From contig JANTFH010000008.1 in NCBI GenBank assembly GCA_024763535.1, positions 1,948 to 65,947 of the forward strand: DNA of 64,000 nucleotides. The letters are read 5' to 3'. The notes below the pieces were generated by a model. It ran no database searches, was not told where the DNA came from, and saw only the letters and a list, made by a program, of their open reading frames with translations. Numbering within the stretch: the stretch's first letter is position 1; every line of letters starts with the position of its first letter. Shown in pieces: positions 28,979 through 39,059 of the stretch. Both the position numbers and the translations under genes were made by a program. The stretch is from Thermodesulfobacteriota bacterium (GTDB taxonomy: Bacteria > Desulfobacterota > Anaeroferrophillalia > Anaeroferrophillales > Tharpellaceae).

Positions 28979-30196
28979 TCAACGTTGACTGTGATTAATC
29001 GCATCGATCACAGTTAAAACCTGTCTTGTCGCGGCCACATCGTGTACCCGGACAATGTTGGCACCATTACTCAAACCCTGGGCGACAGTTGCCAGTGAAG
29101 CCGGAAGCCGTTCATTGACATCGGCGCCGGTCAGCTTACTGATGAACGATTTTCGGGAAGTACCCAGCAGCAGAGGTAGACCGAAACCGGTAAATTCGGA
29201 GAGATATTTTAAGAGCAGCAGATTGTGGTTCAGGGTCTTGCCGAAACCGATACCGGGATCAAGGATGATTCTGTTTCGTTCTACTCCGGCGGCCAGAGCG
29301 ATGCCGATGCTCTCTTCAAAGTAGGCGCTGATTTCAGCGAAGAGATCCTCATAAACGGGGTTGTTCTGCATGGCTTCAGGAGTTCCCTGGATATGCATCA
29401 GGCAGCAATAGGCTTTAGTCTCCGCCGCCACTCGAGCCATATTGGAGTCGAAGTGGAAACCGCTGATATCATTGATAAGGTCGGCTCCTGACTGGATGGC
29501 CGCTGCCGCCACTTCGGATTTATAGGTATCGATGGAAAGTGGCAGCTCCGGGAATTCACAGCGCAAAGCTTCAATGACTGGTAAAACTCTCTGAAGTTCT
29601 TCCTTAAGACTGACTTTTTCCGCTCCGGGCCGCGTAGATTCCCCGCCGATATCAATGATGTCGGCTCCGTCGGCAACCAGTCTGCGGGCCTGTTTTTGGG
29701 CGTCATTCAGGGTGAAAAAACGGTTGCCGTCGGAGAACGAATCGGGAGTTATGTTGAGAATTCCCATAATCAGGGAGCGCTCTTTCAAATCGACATCCAG
29801 GCCGCGGCATTTAAAAGGCAACCCTGTACTTTTTTCTCTGGCTTTTAAGGCTGATTCGATCTGATCGGCCATCAGAGCGAGAGAAAAAGGCTGGGCTCTG
29901 AGTTTCCGGCAGAATTTTCTGAACTGTTTCCGGGTCGCGCTTAAGATCGCGTCCGAGTCGACGGCGCTGCAGTTGATCACTCCACGGGTAACCGCGGCTT
30001 CGCCCCCGACCGAGAGCATCTCCTGTTTTATGATATTGGCGGCTGCCGCCGGCAACGGCCCGACTCGAAAGTTGTAGTGAACCATCTTATTCTTCATCAA
30101 GGCTATCCCATGTCGATCACTGCCGATCTGATCTATCAATGCGGCCGCATCTTGAGGGGATCGAATATCGATAAGTCTGACGTAATAGTTACGCAT
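28979..30196 (-). CDS. folP: Dihydropteroate synthase with N-terminal extension
   Basis: MGILNITPDSFSDG, IGGESTRPG, DPGIGFGK, SRKS, RVHDV. Confidence 0.95.
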   Translation of the reverse strand: MRNYYVRLIDIRSPQDAAALIDQIGSDRHGIALMKNKMVHYNFRVGPLPAAAANIIKQEMLSVGGEAAVTRGVINCSAVDSDAILSATRKQFRKFCRKLRAQPFSLALMADQIESALKAREKSTGLPFKCRGLDVDLKERSLIMGILNITPDSFSDGNRFFTLNDAQKQARRLVADGADIIDIGGESTRPGAEKVSLKEELQRVLPVIEALRCEFPELPLSIDTYKSEVAAAAIQSGADLINDISGFHFDSNMARVAAETKAYCCLMHIQGTPEAMQNNPVYEDLFAEISAYFEESIGIALAAGVERNRIILDPGIGFGKTLNHNLLLLKYLSEFTGFGLPLLLGTSRKSFISKLTGADVNERLPASLATVAQGLSNGANIVRVHDVAATRQVLTVIDAINHSQR

Positions 30197-30202
30197 TTTA
30201 AT

Positions 30203-30910
30203 CTACTGTTGGGCTGAAGATGAAGTTTCGGTCTGTTTTTTTGTCATATTGGTAATTCTACGTGAAAATTTATCAAAAATCCACAGTTTTCTTAAACGCA
30301 TGAATTTTTTTATACGGATTCTTTCCTTAAGGTCGGTATCCTGAGGGGTGAATCGGAGCTTTAATCGCAGGATTGAGAGCTCATCGATTTTTGCCAGAAG
30401 GTGTAGCAGGGGGGAAAAAAAGAGGTTGCAGGGGAGATAGAGAGCCGTATTGAAATCTATTATCGCCGGACTTCCGTCCTCTTTGACCATGACGTTAGTT
30501 TTGTGACCGAGATCTAAGTGCAGAACCCCCCGGGAATGGATCTCTGAAGCTATCCGCAGCAGCTTGGTAAAATAGTCGGGGGCAAGATGATCCTTTGATT
30601 TTTTTATTTCATCTCCATCGATGTAGCTGATAAGCATGCAACCGTAATCTTCGAGTCCGACAAAAGCCGGAATTCCGTTGACACCTTCAAGTTTCTGGAG
30701 AATGAACTTTTCATACATAATATTGAACGGTCCCCAGAGAGAACGGATAATCCAGGGTTTATTGCGGAAATCTTTAGCAACTATGTATCTGCCGTTCCTG
30801 GCGGCCACGATGACATCTGGTTTCATCGATTTTTTTGCCGCGATTACCCGTTTGATCTTCCACTTACGGTCGAGCAGCCGAATCCGGGAAGGGCGGCGGC
30901 TCTCATTCAT
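30203..30910 (-). CDS. Protein-kinase-like (RIO/Kdo-like) phosphotransferase
   Basis: VAKDF (beta-3 Lys), [15 protein letters not shown] catalytic loop, IIDFN. Start ATG 30910 overlaps the ftsH stop (ATGAATGA). Confidence 0.7.
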   Translation of the reverse strand: MNESRRPSRIRLLDRKWKIKRVIAAKKSMKPDVIVAARNGRYIVAKDFRNKPWIIRSLWGPFNIMYEKFILQKLEGVNGIPAFVGLEDYGCMLISYIDGDEIKKSKDHLAPDYFTKLLRIASEIHSRGVLHLDLGHKTNVMVKEDGSPAIIDFNTALYLPCNLFFSPLLHLLAKIDELSILRLKLRFTPQDTDLKERIRIKKFMRLRKLWIFDKFSRRITNMTKKQTETSSSAQQ

Positions 30911-32723
30911 TATCTTCTTCGCTATGGTCCTCAACCTCAGGGGTTTCCAAGCCGATAATCTTGTCGATTTCACTGCCGTTGATACTCTCTCTCTCAAGCA
31001 GAGCTTCAGTTAGAGCATTAAGTTGCTGGCGGTGTTCAGTTATCAGCTGTTTGGCCTCGATATAGGCGTTATGAACGATCTCTTTAATTTCGTCATCGAT
31101 TTCAACGGCAGTTTTTTCGCTGAAATTCCGGTTTTCAGACATCTCGCGACCAAGGAAAATATGCTCTTCCTTTTTGCCGAAGCTTACCGGTCCCATCTTG
31201 CCCATGCCCCATTCACAAACCATTTTCCGGGCGATTTCGGTGGCTCTTTCAATGTCATTGCCGGCTCCGGTAGTAATATGTCCCAGAGCTATCTCTTCAG
31301 CTACCCGGCCTCCCATTAACACTTTGATATTGTTAATCAGGTAATCCTTGTTATAGGTGTGACGTTCATCTATGGGCAACTGCTGGGTCAGACCCAAAGC
31401 CCGGCCCCTGGGGATGATTGTAACCTTATGAACCGGGTCGGTGCCGGGCAGAAAACGGGCCACCAGAGCGTGTCCTGATTCATGGTAGGCGGTATTGGTC
31501 TTCTCATCTTTGCTGATGACCAGGCTGCGGCGTTCCGCTCCCATCATGACCTTGTCCTTGGCCTCTTCAAGATCAGTCATCTCAACTTCGTTTTTATCGG
31601 TTCGGGCAGCCAGAAGACTGGCTTCATTAATCAGGTTGGCGAGATCGGCTCCGGAAAATCCCGGGGTGCCGCGAGCGACAATATTGAGATCAACGTCCGG
31701 AGCAAGCGGTACCTTGCGGGCATGGACTTTAAGGATGCCCGCCCGTCCTTTGACATCCGGGTTGGGGACGATTACCTGTCGGTCGAAGCGGCCGGGGCGG
31801 AGCAGGGCCGGATCGAGAACATCGGGCCGGTTGGTGGCCGCCAGTAGAATAACCCCATCATTGGATTCGAAACCGTCCATCTCCACCAGGAGCTGGTTCA
31901 AGGTCTGCTCCCGCTCATCATGACCGCCGCCGAGACCGGCCCCGCGATGGCGGCCGACCGCATCGATCTCATCTATAAAAATCAGGCAGGGGGCGTTCTT
32001 TTTGCCCTGAGTGAAAAGATCCCGGACCCGGGAGGCCCCGACCCCGACAAACATCTCCACAAAATCGGAACCACTGATGCTGAAGAAGGGTACTTCAGCC
32101 TCACCGGCAATCGCTTTGGCGAGAAGCGTTTTACCGGTTCCCGGTGAACCGACCAGCAGCACGCCTTTAGGAATTTTACCGCCTAAACGGGTGAATTTTT
32201 TTGGCTCCTTGAGAAAATTGATGATCTCTTCAAGTTCGTCTTTAGCCTCTTCAATGCCGGCAACATCCTTGAACGTCACCTTTTTCTGGTCTTCGGTCAG
32301 CAGTTTGGCCCGACTTTTACCGAAAGACATCGCCTTGCCGCCGCCGCCCTGCATCTGGCGCATGAAAAAGACCCAGACACCGATCAGCAGCAGCATCGGA
32401 AACCATGATATCAAGATCGACTGCCAGAGTGGAGACTGATCTTCAGGCTTGGCACTGATGCGGATACCCTTGTCACGTAATAATTTTATCAGGGTGGGAT
32501 CATCCGGTGCATAGGTTTTGAAAGCCGTTGTCCCCTTGGTCCCGGAGATGTCGCGGCCCTGAATCGTGACTTCACTGATCTGGCCGGAATCCACCATATC
32601 GATAAAATCACTGAAACTGATTTCGTTTTTTGCCGTCTGGGGAGCATTGAAAACATTAAAGACCATGATCATGACCAGACAGATCACAAGCCAGAGAGCC
32701 AGATTCTTATAAAAAGGCTTCAT
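30903..32723 (-). CDS. ftsH: ATP-dependent zinc metalloprotease FtsH
   Basis: Two TM helices, [26 protein letters not shown] zinc motif. Start uncertain (32723, 32750 or 32807). Confidence 0.97.
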   Translation of the reverse strand: MKPFYKNLALWLVICLVMIMVFNVFNAPQTAKNEISFSDFIDMVDSGQISEVTIQGRDISGTKGTTAFKTYAPDDPTLIKLLRDKGIRISAKPEDQSPLWQSILISWFPMLLLIGVWVFFMRQMQGGGGKAMSFGKSRAKLLTEDQKKVTFKDVAGIEEAKDELEEIINFLKEPKKFTRLGGKIPKGVLLVGSPGTGKTLLAKAIAGEAEVPFFSISGSDFVEMFVGVGASRVRDLFTQGKKNAPCLIFIDEIDAVGRHRGAGLGGGHDEREQTLNQLLVEMDGFESNDGVILLAATNRPDVLDPALLRPGRFDRQVIVPNPDVKGRAGILKVHARKVPLAPDVDLNIVARGTPGFSGADLANLINEASLLAARTDKNEVEMTDLEEAKDKVMMGAERRSLVISKDEKTNTAYHESGHALVARFLPGTDPVHKVTIIPRGRALGLTQQLPIDERHTYNKDYLINNIKVLMGGRVAEEIALGHITTGAGNDIERATEIARKMVCEWGMGKMGPVSFGKKEEHIFLGREMSENRNFSEKTAVEIDDEIKEIVHNAYIEAKQLITEHRQQLNALTEALLERESINGSEIDKIIGLETPEVEDHSEEDNE

Positions 32724-33009
32724 ATCCTGATTTTTTTTCGATGGTGACATATATGTTTGCTCAAATTCGGGGTTTAGTTGGTTGTTGATACTTTCAAAAA
32801 AAGCCACACGCCTTACGGGCGGGAGGCTTTAGATATCGGAAGTTGCCTATACAGCAACAATCAAATTTTTGCAAGTGAAAACTGCAGTTATAACTTCGCT
32901 TGCGGCCCTTAAATTAGAGTGATGGGCTTGCAAAAAAGTCTAAATCATATTAGAAAGTTTACAACCTTAAAAAAGTTTTACTAATGTTATTTGATATGGA
33001 TTATTTGTA

Positions 33010-34353
33010 ATGAAAAAATGCGTTGCGATTGTTGGCCGGCCGAATGTCGGAAAATCGACTCTTTTTAATCGTCTGCTAAAGGCTCGCCGGGCGATAGTCG
33101 CTGATATACCCGGAGTTACCCGGGACCGGATTTTTGCTGATCTTGAGGTTGAGGGTAAAGAGTGTCTGCTGGTTGATACCGGAGGCCTGGTTTTCGGCAG
33201 TGAGGATGAGTTGCAGAAAGATGTCGGCCGCCAGACCCGGGCGGCGGTCGATGAGGCCGATATTATTATCCTGCTTTTCGATGGTCAGAGCGGAGTTGCC
33301 TCCGAAGACGGCGAACTGGCCCGTTATCTGCGCCGGAGCGGGAAACCGATTCTCTGGGTGGTCAACAAGTGCGAATCACCCCGGGTCAGAGCTGACAGTG
33401 TCGACTTTTACTCTCTGGGAATGGCTGAAATTCATCACGTTTCAGCCGAACACGGCGAGGGGATTGCGGCGCTGAAAGAGGCGCTGGCCGAACTGCTGCC
33501 GGAAGCGGCCGCGACGGTCGAAGAGAGTAGTGGTGATGATGCCGTTATCAGGGTTTCGGTTGTCGGCAAACCCAATGTCGGCAAATCTTCACTGCTTAAC
33601 TATCTCTCCGGTAGTGAACGTCTGACTACCAGCGGTCGCCCCGGAACCACCGTTGATGCGGTGCAGCTTTCGATTGTCAACCAGGATAAGGAGTATCTTT
33701 TTCTCGATACGGCCGGACTCAGGCGCAAGGCAAAGGTCCGGGAGACGGTTGAAAGTCTCAGCAATGTCGCTACCATGAGAGCGGTCGATTTTGCTGATAT
33801 CGTTATCTTGATGATCGATGCCACCGCCGGAATTACGGATCAGGACCTGCAGATCTCCGCTCTCGCCCATGAGAAAGGAAAAGCGGTTATCTACGCTTTT
33901 AATAAAACCGATCTCTTTGTCTCTGACCGGGGGCGTAAGCTGGCGGCATTGAAAGAGGACTTAGCCTATCGCCTGACCGGTATTCATAAGCCTGTGGTTA
34001 TGGAACTGTCGGTAAAAAACGGTAAGGGGCTGAAAACTTTTTTCCCCGCCTTGAAGGGGCTGTACAATATCTACAGCCGGCGCATCGGTACCGGTGAACT
34101 CAACCGCTGGCTTGCCGATGTTGTCGTTGCTCATCAGCATCCGCTGATTCAACGGCGACCGTTGAAATTCTATTTTATTACTCAGGCCCGCAGCGCCCCT
34201 CCGACTTTTATTTTCTTTGTCAATAAGGTTAAAGGTATCAAAGCCTCCTATTGCCGCTACCTGGAAAACAGGATAATCGACCACTTCGGTTTTTACGGAG
34301 TTCCGGTCAAAATCTTTTTTCGCGCCCGGGAGGGTCGCGGTCGGAAATCGTAG
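33010..34353 (+). CDS. der: Ribosome biogenesis GTPase Der (EngA)
   Basis: Two G domains (GRPNVGKS, DTGG, NKCE; GKPNVGKS, DTAG, NKTD) and a KH-like tail. Confidence 0.95.
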   Translation: MKKCVAIVGRPNVGKSTLFNRLLKARRAIVADIPGVTRDRIFADLEVEGKECLLVDTGGLVFGSEDELQKDVGRQTRAAVDEADIIILLFDGQSGVASEDGELARYLRRSGKPILWVVNKCESPRVRADSVDFYSLGMAEIHHVSAEHGEGIAALKEALAELLPEAAATVEESSGDDAVIRVSVVGKPNVGKSSLLNYLSGSERLTTSGRPGTTVDAVQLSIVNQDKEYLFLDTAGLRRKAKVRETVESLSNVATMRAVDFADIVILMIDATAGITDQDLQISALAHEKGKAVIYAFNKTDLFVSDRGRKLAALKEDLAYRLTGIHKPVVMELSVKNGKGLKTFFPALKGLYNIYSRRIGTGELNRWLADVVVAHQHPLIQRRPLKFYFITQARSAPPTFIFFVNKVKGIKASYCRYLENRIIDHFGFYGVPVKIFFRAREGRGRKS

Positions 34354-34773
34354 AGGAATGATTTATCGGATTTCTTGAAAAAGATAATTTTGCATAAAGG
34401 AAAACCCGACAGAGGCTACAAACACATGAATATATTGATTGTTTCTTATATTAATTTTGAAGTTAACGTAGTAGCCGGTTAAAAAGAGAGTGTTTCAGGC
34501 TCTTCATCTTTATAAACTGTTAATTTTTCCTTGACAAGGGTAATTAGATATTGCTAATGAATTAAGATATTTAGTGTCTGACCGATAAGGTACTCCGACT
34601 GATCCTCTTTTTATATCAGTTTGCAAATATCTAGTTTGGTATCTGTCCTGCTCGGAATGTCTCAGAAATATTGTGTCTTGATAATCCCGGCTGATCGGGT
34701 ATGGATCTTAAGTTAGAAACGCTTAATCTTGCGGGCCTTCGCCTAGCTTATTATACAAAAAAAGGTTTTCTAG

Positions 34774-35052
34774 ATGAATAAATCTGATCTGATTGAAGAG
34801 TTGGTAAATCGTGCCGACATTAAGCTAAAGGTCTCTGAGACTATTGTCAATCTTATTGTCGACAGTATGAAACAGGCCCTGCTTGATGAGGAGCGAATCG
34901 AACTACGGGGTTTCGGCAGTTTCCATATCGAGTACTATAAAGGTTACACCGGCCGTAATCCCAAAACCGGAGAATCGATTGAGGTAAGCCGCAAGCGTTT
35001 ACCTTTTTTCAAGGTCGGTAAAGACTTGAAAGAACGGATAAATAAAATATGA
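34774..35052 (+). CDS. ihfB: Integration host factor beta / HU family DNA-binding protein
   Basis: MNKSDLI, RIELRGFGSF, GRNPKTG, PFFKVGKDLKERIN. Confidence 0.85.
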   Translation: MNKSDLIEELVNRADIKLKVSETIVNLIVDSMKQALLDEERIELRGFGSFHIEYYKGYTGRNPKTGESIEVSRKRLPFFKVGKDLKERINKI

Positions 35053-35678
35053 CCCAAGACGGAAGTTTTTCAACTGTTTTTAAGGAGAGTTGTCTGTCAG
35101 TTCTGGGCAGAACTCGCCAATATGTTAAAAAACCCGCAAATCTTCCCAACCTCCTTACTTTAAGTCGTATCCTGGTTGTTCCCCTGATCATAGTTCTACT
35201 CTACTCCGGTAATCGCTGGTTGAATCTGTTGACCGCCCTGCTGGTGGTCGGAGCTGCGATAACCGACGGTCTTGACGGTTATATGGCCCGGAAATACGAT
35301 TACGAATCCAATCTAGGTCGACTCTTAGACCCTCTGGCGGATAAAATTCTCCTTTTGTCAACCATGGTGATGCTGGTTTATATGCACCGGGCTCCAGCCT
35401 GGATCGTCTGTCTTATCCTTTGCCGGGAAACTGCGGTTACCGGTTTGCGGGCGGTAGCCGCCGACCGCGGCCGAACGATTGCGGTCAGTGTAATGGCGAA
35501 ATATAAGACAACTTTTCAGATGATAGCGGTCGTGGCTCTGGTTATCCATTATCCATTTTTCGGGGCAAACTCACATGCCGTGGGTATATTCTTTCTCTGG
35601 ATCGCTTTTATCTATACGATGTGGACGGGGTATGTCTATTTCAGCGAGGCATTTTCGTTGTTGATAGAGGATGAGTGA
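35049..35678 (+). CDS. pgsA: CDP-diacylglycerol--glycerol-3-phosphate 3-phosphatidyltransferase
   Basis: NLPNLLTLSR, TDGLDGYMAR, GRLLDPLADK, RETAVTGLR. Confidence 0.93.
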   Translation: MTQDGSFSTVFKESCLSVLGRTRQYVKKPANLPNLLTLSRILVVPLIIVLLYSGNRWLNLLTALLVVGAAITDGLDGYMARKYDYESNLGRLLDPLADKILLLSTMVMLVYMHRAPAWIVCLILCRETAVTGLRAVAADRGRTIAVSVMAKYKTTFQMIAVVALVIHYPFFGANSHAVGIFFLWIAFIYTMWTGYVYFSEAFSLLIEDE

Positions 35679-35728
35679 AAAAAAGTACTGCCGGTTAAAG
35701 TTGGAGTGAGTAGCTTGTTATCTTAACT

Positions 35729-35757
35729 AAAGGTTTCGGTTTTGCCGGAACCTTTTT
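35729..35757 (+). terminator. Probable intrinsic terminator after pgsA
   Basis: AAAGGTTTCGG-ttttg-CCGGAACCTTT followed by a T run. Confidence 0.6.
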
Positions 35758-35784
35758 CATTTATGGACCCCGGGTGATATAAGT

Positions 35785-36660
35785 ATGACAAAGATTGAGA
35801 TGTTTACCGGAAAAGGCGGAGTCGGCAAAACGACTATGTCCGTGGCCAGCGCTCTGTACTATGCTCAAACCGGCCCGACCCTTTTGATTTCGACCGATCC
35901 TTCCGGATCGCTCTCTAAGATATTTAATTGCCCGCTTGATCAGAGTGTCGTTCCGGTAGCGGTAAATCTGGATGCGGTTGAGTTGACCCGTAAACTGGTG
36001 CTCGATCTCTGGCGGGATAAGTTTGCCGATGAGATATATACGGTACTCTCATCTTTTCTGCCGGTTGGAAGGGAGATTATCGACTATATTGAGGGAGCTC
36101 CGGGGATTGATGAGGAGTTTATGCTGGACTATCTTCTGACTATGGCTCAATCAGGAGATTATGAAACCATCGTCTGGGATACGGCCCCAACGGTAACGAC
36201 ACTCAATCTGCTTTTTATCCAGCAGCTTTTTTACTCCCACCTGACGCAGGCGCAAAAGGTCTATATGAGGGTGAAAAGTGTCTTCAACAAGGTCGATCCG
36301 CTGGCTTTGATCGATAAATGGCTGAAGTTAACAGCTAAGATTATTGAGCTTTTAAGCAACGATACCCGGGCCTGGATAGTTGCCAATCCGGAACCTCTGC
36401 CGGTGGAACAGGCTTTGGACATAGCCGGGTCACTCGCGGATTTTAATATCGGGGTAAACGGTTTTATCTTGAATAAACTGCTGCCGTCGGCGGTATGTGA
36501 ACAGCACCCTTTCTGGCGGGAAAAATATAGAGCGCAGCAGGAGTGCCGCGGGGATCTCCTGCATGCCTGTGGCAATCTTCCCGTTAAAGAGGTTCCGGAA
36601 CTATCGGGAAGGATGGAAGTCGATGGCTTCCTTGGGGAAGTGGTCAAGATTCTCTACTGA
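35785..36660 (+). CDS. Single-domain ArsA/GET3-family ATPase
   Basis: GKGGVGKTT, ISTDP, APGIDE, WDTAPT, ILNK. Confidence 0.85.
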   Translation: MTKIEMFTGKGGVGKTTMSVASALYYAQTGPTLLISTDPSGSLSKIFNCPLDQSVVPVAVNLDAVELTRKLVLDLWRDKFADEIYTVLSSFLPVGREIIDYIEGAPGIDEEFMLDYLLTMAQSGDYETIVWDTAPTVTTLNLLFIQQLFYSHLTQAQKVYMRVKSVFNKVDPLALIDKWLKLTAKIIELLSNDTRAWIVANPEPLPVEQALDIAGSLADFNIGVNGFILNKLLPSAVCEQHPFWREKYRAQQECRGDLLHACGNLPVKEVPELSGRMEVDGFLGEVVKILY

Positions 36661-36839
36661 AGAGTATTCCGGCTAGGTTTGAATGATCCATGATCAGGTC
36701 AAAATCCTGTTACGAGAATTTCAACTATCTTCTCTGTCTGATTTCGGCAAGGTGGCTGCCAGGTAGTCATGAGTTTTTTTCTTCCCAGGAGATATCTCCG
36801 CCAATGGCTGAATTAAAATGAGCGTATTGCGAGCAGCAG

Positions 36840-37565
36840 TTAAAGGTGAGCGGCGATAGCTTCTCTGGTCTCCTCCATAATTTTTTCAATCTCAGCTTTG
36901 CTGTAATTGGCGGGGGTCATGATCGGCGGGCTGAAGGTCATGGTTATGGTGCCCGGTTTGATGGCTATCTTGCCCTTGGGCTGCAGGTTGCCGGTGTTGC
37001 TTATGGTTAAAGGCAGGATCGGCAGACCGAGCTGGCAGGCCAGGACAAATCCACCCTTCTTGAACTTTCCCAGGGGGATCGATGCCGGAATCCGGGTGCC
37101 TTCGGCAAAAAGAATAATCGATATTCCGTTTTTTTTCAGAATTTTTCCCTGAGTCTGTAATTTCTCAATCGCCTGACGCCGGTTGCCGCGGTCGATGATG
37201 ATTGATCCGCTGCGGCTCAGAGCCGTACCGAAAATGGGAATTTTAGTCAGTTCACGTTTGGCAACAAAAAGGCAGTAGAGGGCCCGGCAGCTGAAGATTG
37301 CGTAGATATCGAGATAACTCTTATGGTTGGCAATGACCATATAGGTCTGATTCGGGTCTATATTTTCCAGGCCCCGGTGTACAACCTTAACCCCGTTGAA
37401 ACGTAAATTTATCCACCCCCACCAGTTGCCGACAAATTCAATTCCGGCTCGACCCCAGGGTGTAAAGGTTGAGATAGTTCCGGTTAAGGCCCAGAAAAAG
37501 GTGTTGGGAACGATAATGATGATACTGCGCAAAGCATAGAAAAAATTGATTATTGATTTCAGCAT
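36840..37565 (-). CDS. plsC: 1-acyl-sn-glycerol-3-phosphate acyltransferase
   Basis: NHKSYLD, FVAKREL, IDR, FAEGTR, FKKGGF. Confidence 0.88.
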   Translation of the reverse strand: MLKSIINFFYALRSIIIIVPNTFFWALTGTISTFTPWGRAGIEFVGNWWGWINLRFNGVKVVHRGLENIDPNQTYMVIANHKSYLDIYAIFSCRALYCLFVAKRELTKIPIFGTALSRSGSIIIDRGNRRQAIEKLQTQGKILKKNGISIILFAEGTRIPASIPLGKFKKGGFVLACQLGLPILPLTISNTGNLQPKGKIAIKPGTITMTFSPPIMTPANYSKAEIEKIMEETREAIAAHL

Positions 37566-37645
37566 ATCGACTCTGGTGAAAAAATTTAGTTTAGAGATAT
37601 AGGGCTTCGTTGACAGTTGGAGATAAACAGTTAGTTAAGGTTTTG

Positions 37646-38983
37646 TCAACCATTCATTTTTGCCTGGTTGGTGCGGTTCCGGCTGAGACGTATTTTACGT
37701 GGTGCCGCAAACCAGAAACAGGTACATGAGAGCCAGAGAACTATGATGTCGGTAGTAAAGGCAAACTGATACGAGCCGGTGCGGTCAAAAATATAACCGG
37801 CGAACCAGGCTCCGGCCGCTCCGCCGAAACCCAGATTGAGTGAGAGAAGCCCGAAAATGCGGCCGAAATGTTTACCCTGAAATATATCCGCCGCGATTGA
37901 GGGGAAAAGCGGGGCAACAGCTCCATAACCGAAACCAAAACAGAGTGCGAAAAGATAGGGTAGAAGTCGCGGTTGCAGATTGACGCAGGATAAGGCCAGA
38001 ACCCCGATAGTCGCCGCGATCATTCCGGCAGTATTGGCGGTTTCCCGGTTCCAGCGATCACCGAAAAAACCTAAGGTTATCTTACCGACCGAGCCGCAGA
38101 TACCCAGCAGGCCGAATGTGGCGGCGGCGGCTTCAGTACTCATCCCGCCGTCAACCAGTCCTGCTACGGCATGCATCAAGACCCCCTGAATTGCGAACGG
38201 TCCGAGAAAAAAACCGGCCGCCAGATACCAGAACCGCCCTGTTTTCAGCGCCTGACGACTGGTCCATCGAGTTTCCGCCCAATTTTTATCGATTATCAGA
38301 GTACCCTCTGATTGAGTCTCAGTTGAAAGGTTTTTTGAATATTTATTTTCTGAAACAGCTGTCTCGTTGTCGGGCAGCAGGCCGATCTGATGCGGATCAC
38401 GGCGCTGGAAAAAGAGGTTGATAGGAATGGTTAAAAGCACTATGATAGCCAGCCTCCGGTAAGCGCTGCGCCAACCATCAAGGTCGATCAGATGCTGCAT
38501 AAGCGGAGGAATTGTCAGCATACCTACGCCGACACCGGCCATGGCCAGGCCGATGGCCAGGCCCCGCCGCTTGCTGAACCAGCGCGGCAGAAAGGTGGCG
38601 TGGGGTACAAATCCGATCAGGCTGACGCCAATTGCCGCCATGACTCCGTAAATCAGATAGAAATCTAATATGTCGGTTGCATGGGTGAGCAGGTTCAGAG
38701 ATAGTGCCAGCCACATCGCACCGATCGGGATCACCAGTCGCGGGCCGAAACGGTCGATCAGCCAGCCGGTTAAAAAAGCGCAGAGGTAATGGGAAATGGT
38801 AAAGAGTGAGAAGATCCCGGCGGTGGTCGCCCGCGACCAGGAAAAATCATTAATAATCGCTATGTAGAGAACTGAAAATGAGTACCAGACGCCAAAAGCC
38901 ACCCCTAATGTTATGAATGAGGTTACGACTATAACCCAGCCGTAATAAAAGGGAATTTTCTTTTCCAGGTTCAAAAAATACAT
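37646..38983 (-). CDS. MFS transporter (oxalate:formate antiporter / MCT-like)
   Basis: YYGW, GWLIDRFGPR, WFSKRRGLAIG, about 12 TM helices, GYIFDRTGSY. Confidence 0.88.
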   Translation of the reverse strand: MYFLNLEKKIPFYYGWVIVVTSFITLGVAFGVWYSFSVLYIAIINDFSWSRATTAGIFSLFTISHYLCAFLTGWLIDRFGPRLVIPIGAMWLALSLNLLTHATDILDFYLIYGVMAAIGVSLIGFVPHATFLPRWFSKRRGLAIGLAMAGVGVGMLTIPPLMQHLIDLDGWRSAYRRLAIIVLLTIPINLFFQRRDPHQIGLLPDNETAVSENKYSKNLSTETQSEGTLIIDKNWAETRWTSRQALKTGRFWYLAAGFFLGPFAIQGVLMHAVAGLVDGGMSTEAAAATFGLLGICGSVGKITLGFFGDRWNRETANTAGMIAATIGVLALSCVNLQPRLLPYLFALCFGFGYGAVAPLFPSIAADIFQGKHFGRIFGLLSLNLGFGGAAGAWFAGYIFDRTGSYQFAFTTDIIVLWLSCTCFWFAAPRKIRLSRNRTNQAKMNG

Positions 38984-39059
38984 TGAATATTATGAGGCTT
39001 AAAATTTGCGTCTGACGCAGCGTTCGGCAAAAAGAAAATCTTTCAGAGTAACCTAAAAT

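Noticed and set aside
32866-32940. TTTTTGCAAG / CTTGCAAAAA inverted repeat between ftsH and der as an element end
   Set aside because: Only 10 bp and low complexity; equally explained by two divergent TTGCAA -35 boxes.
35679-35784. tRNA gene after pgsA (a common position)
   Set aside because: No cloverleaf or T-loop GTTCRA motif; only a terminator-like stem.
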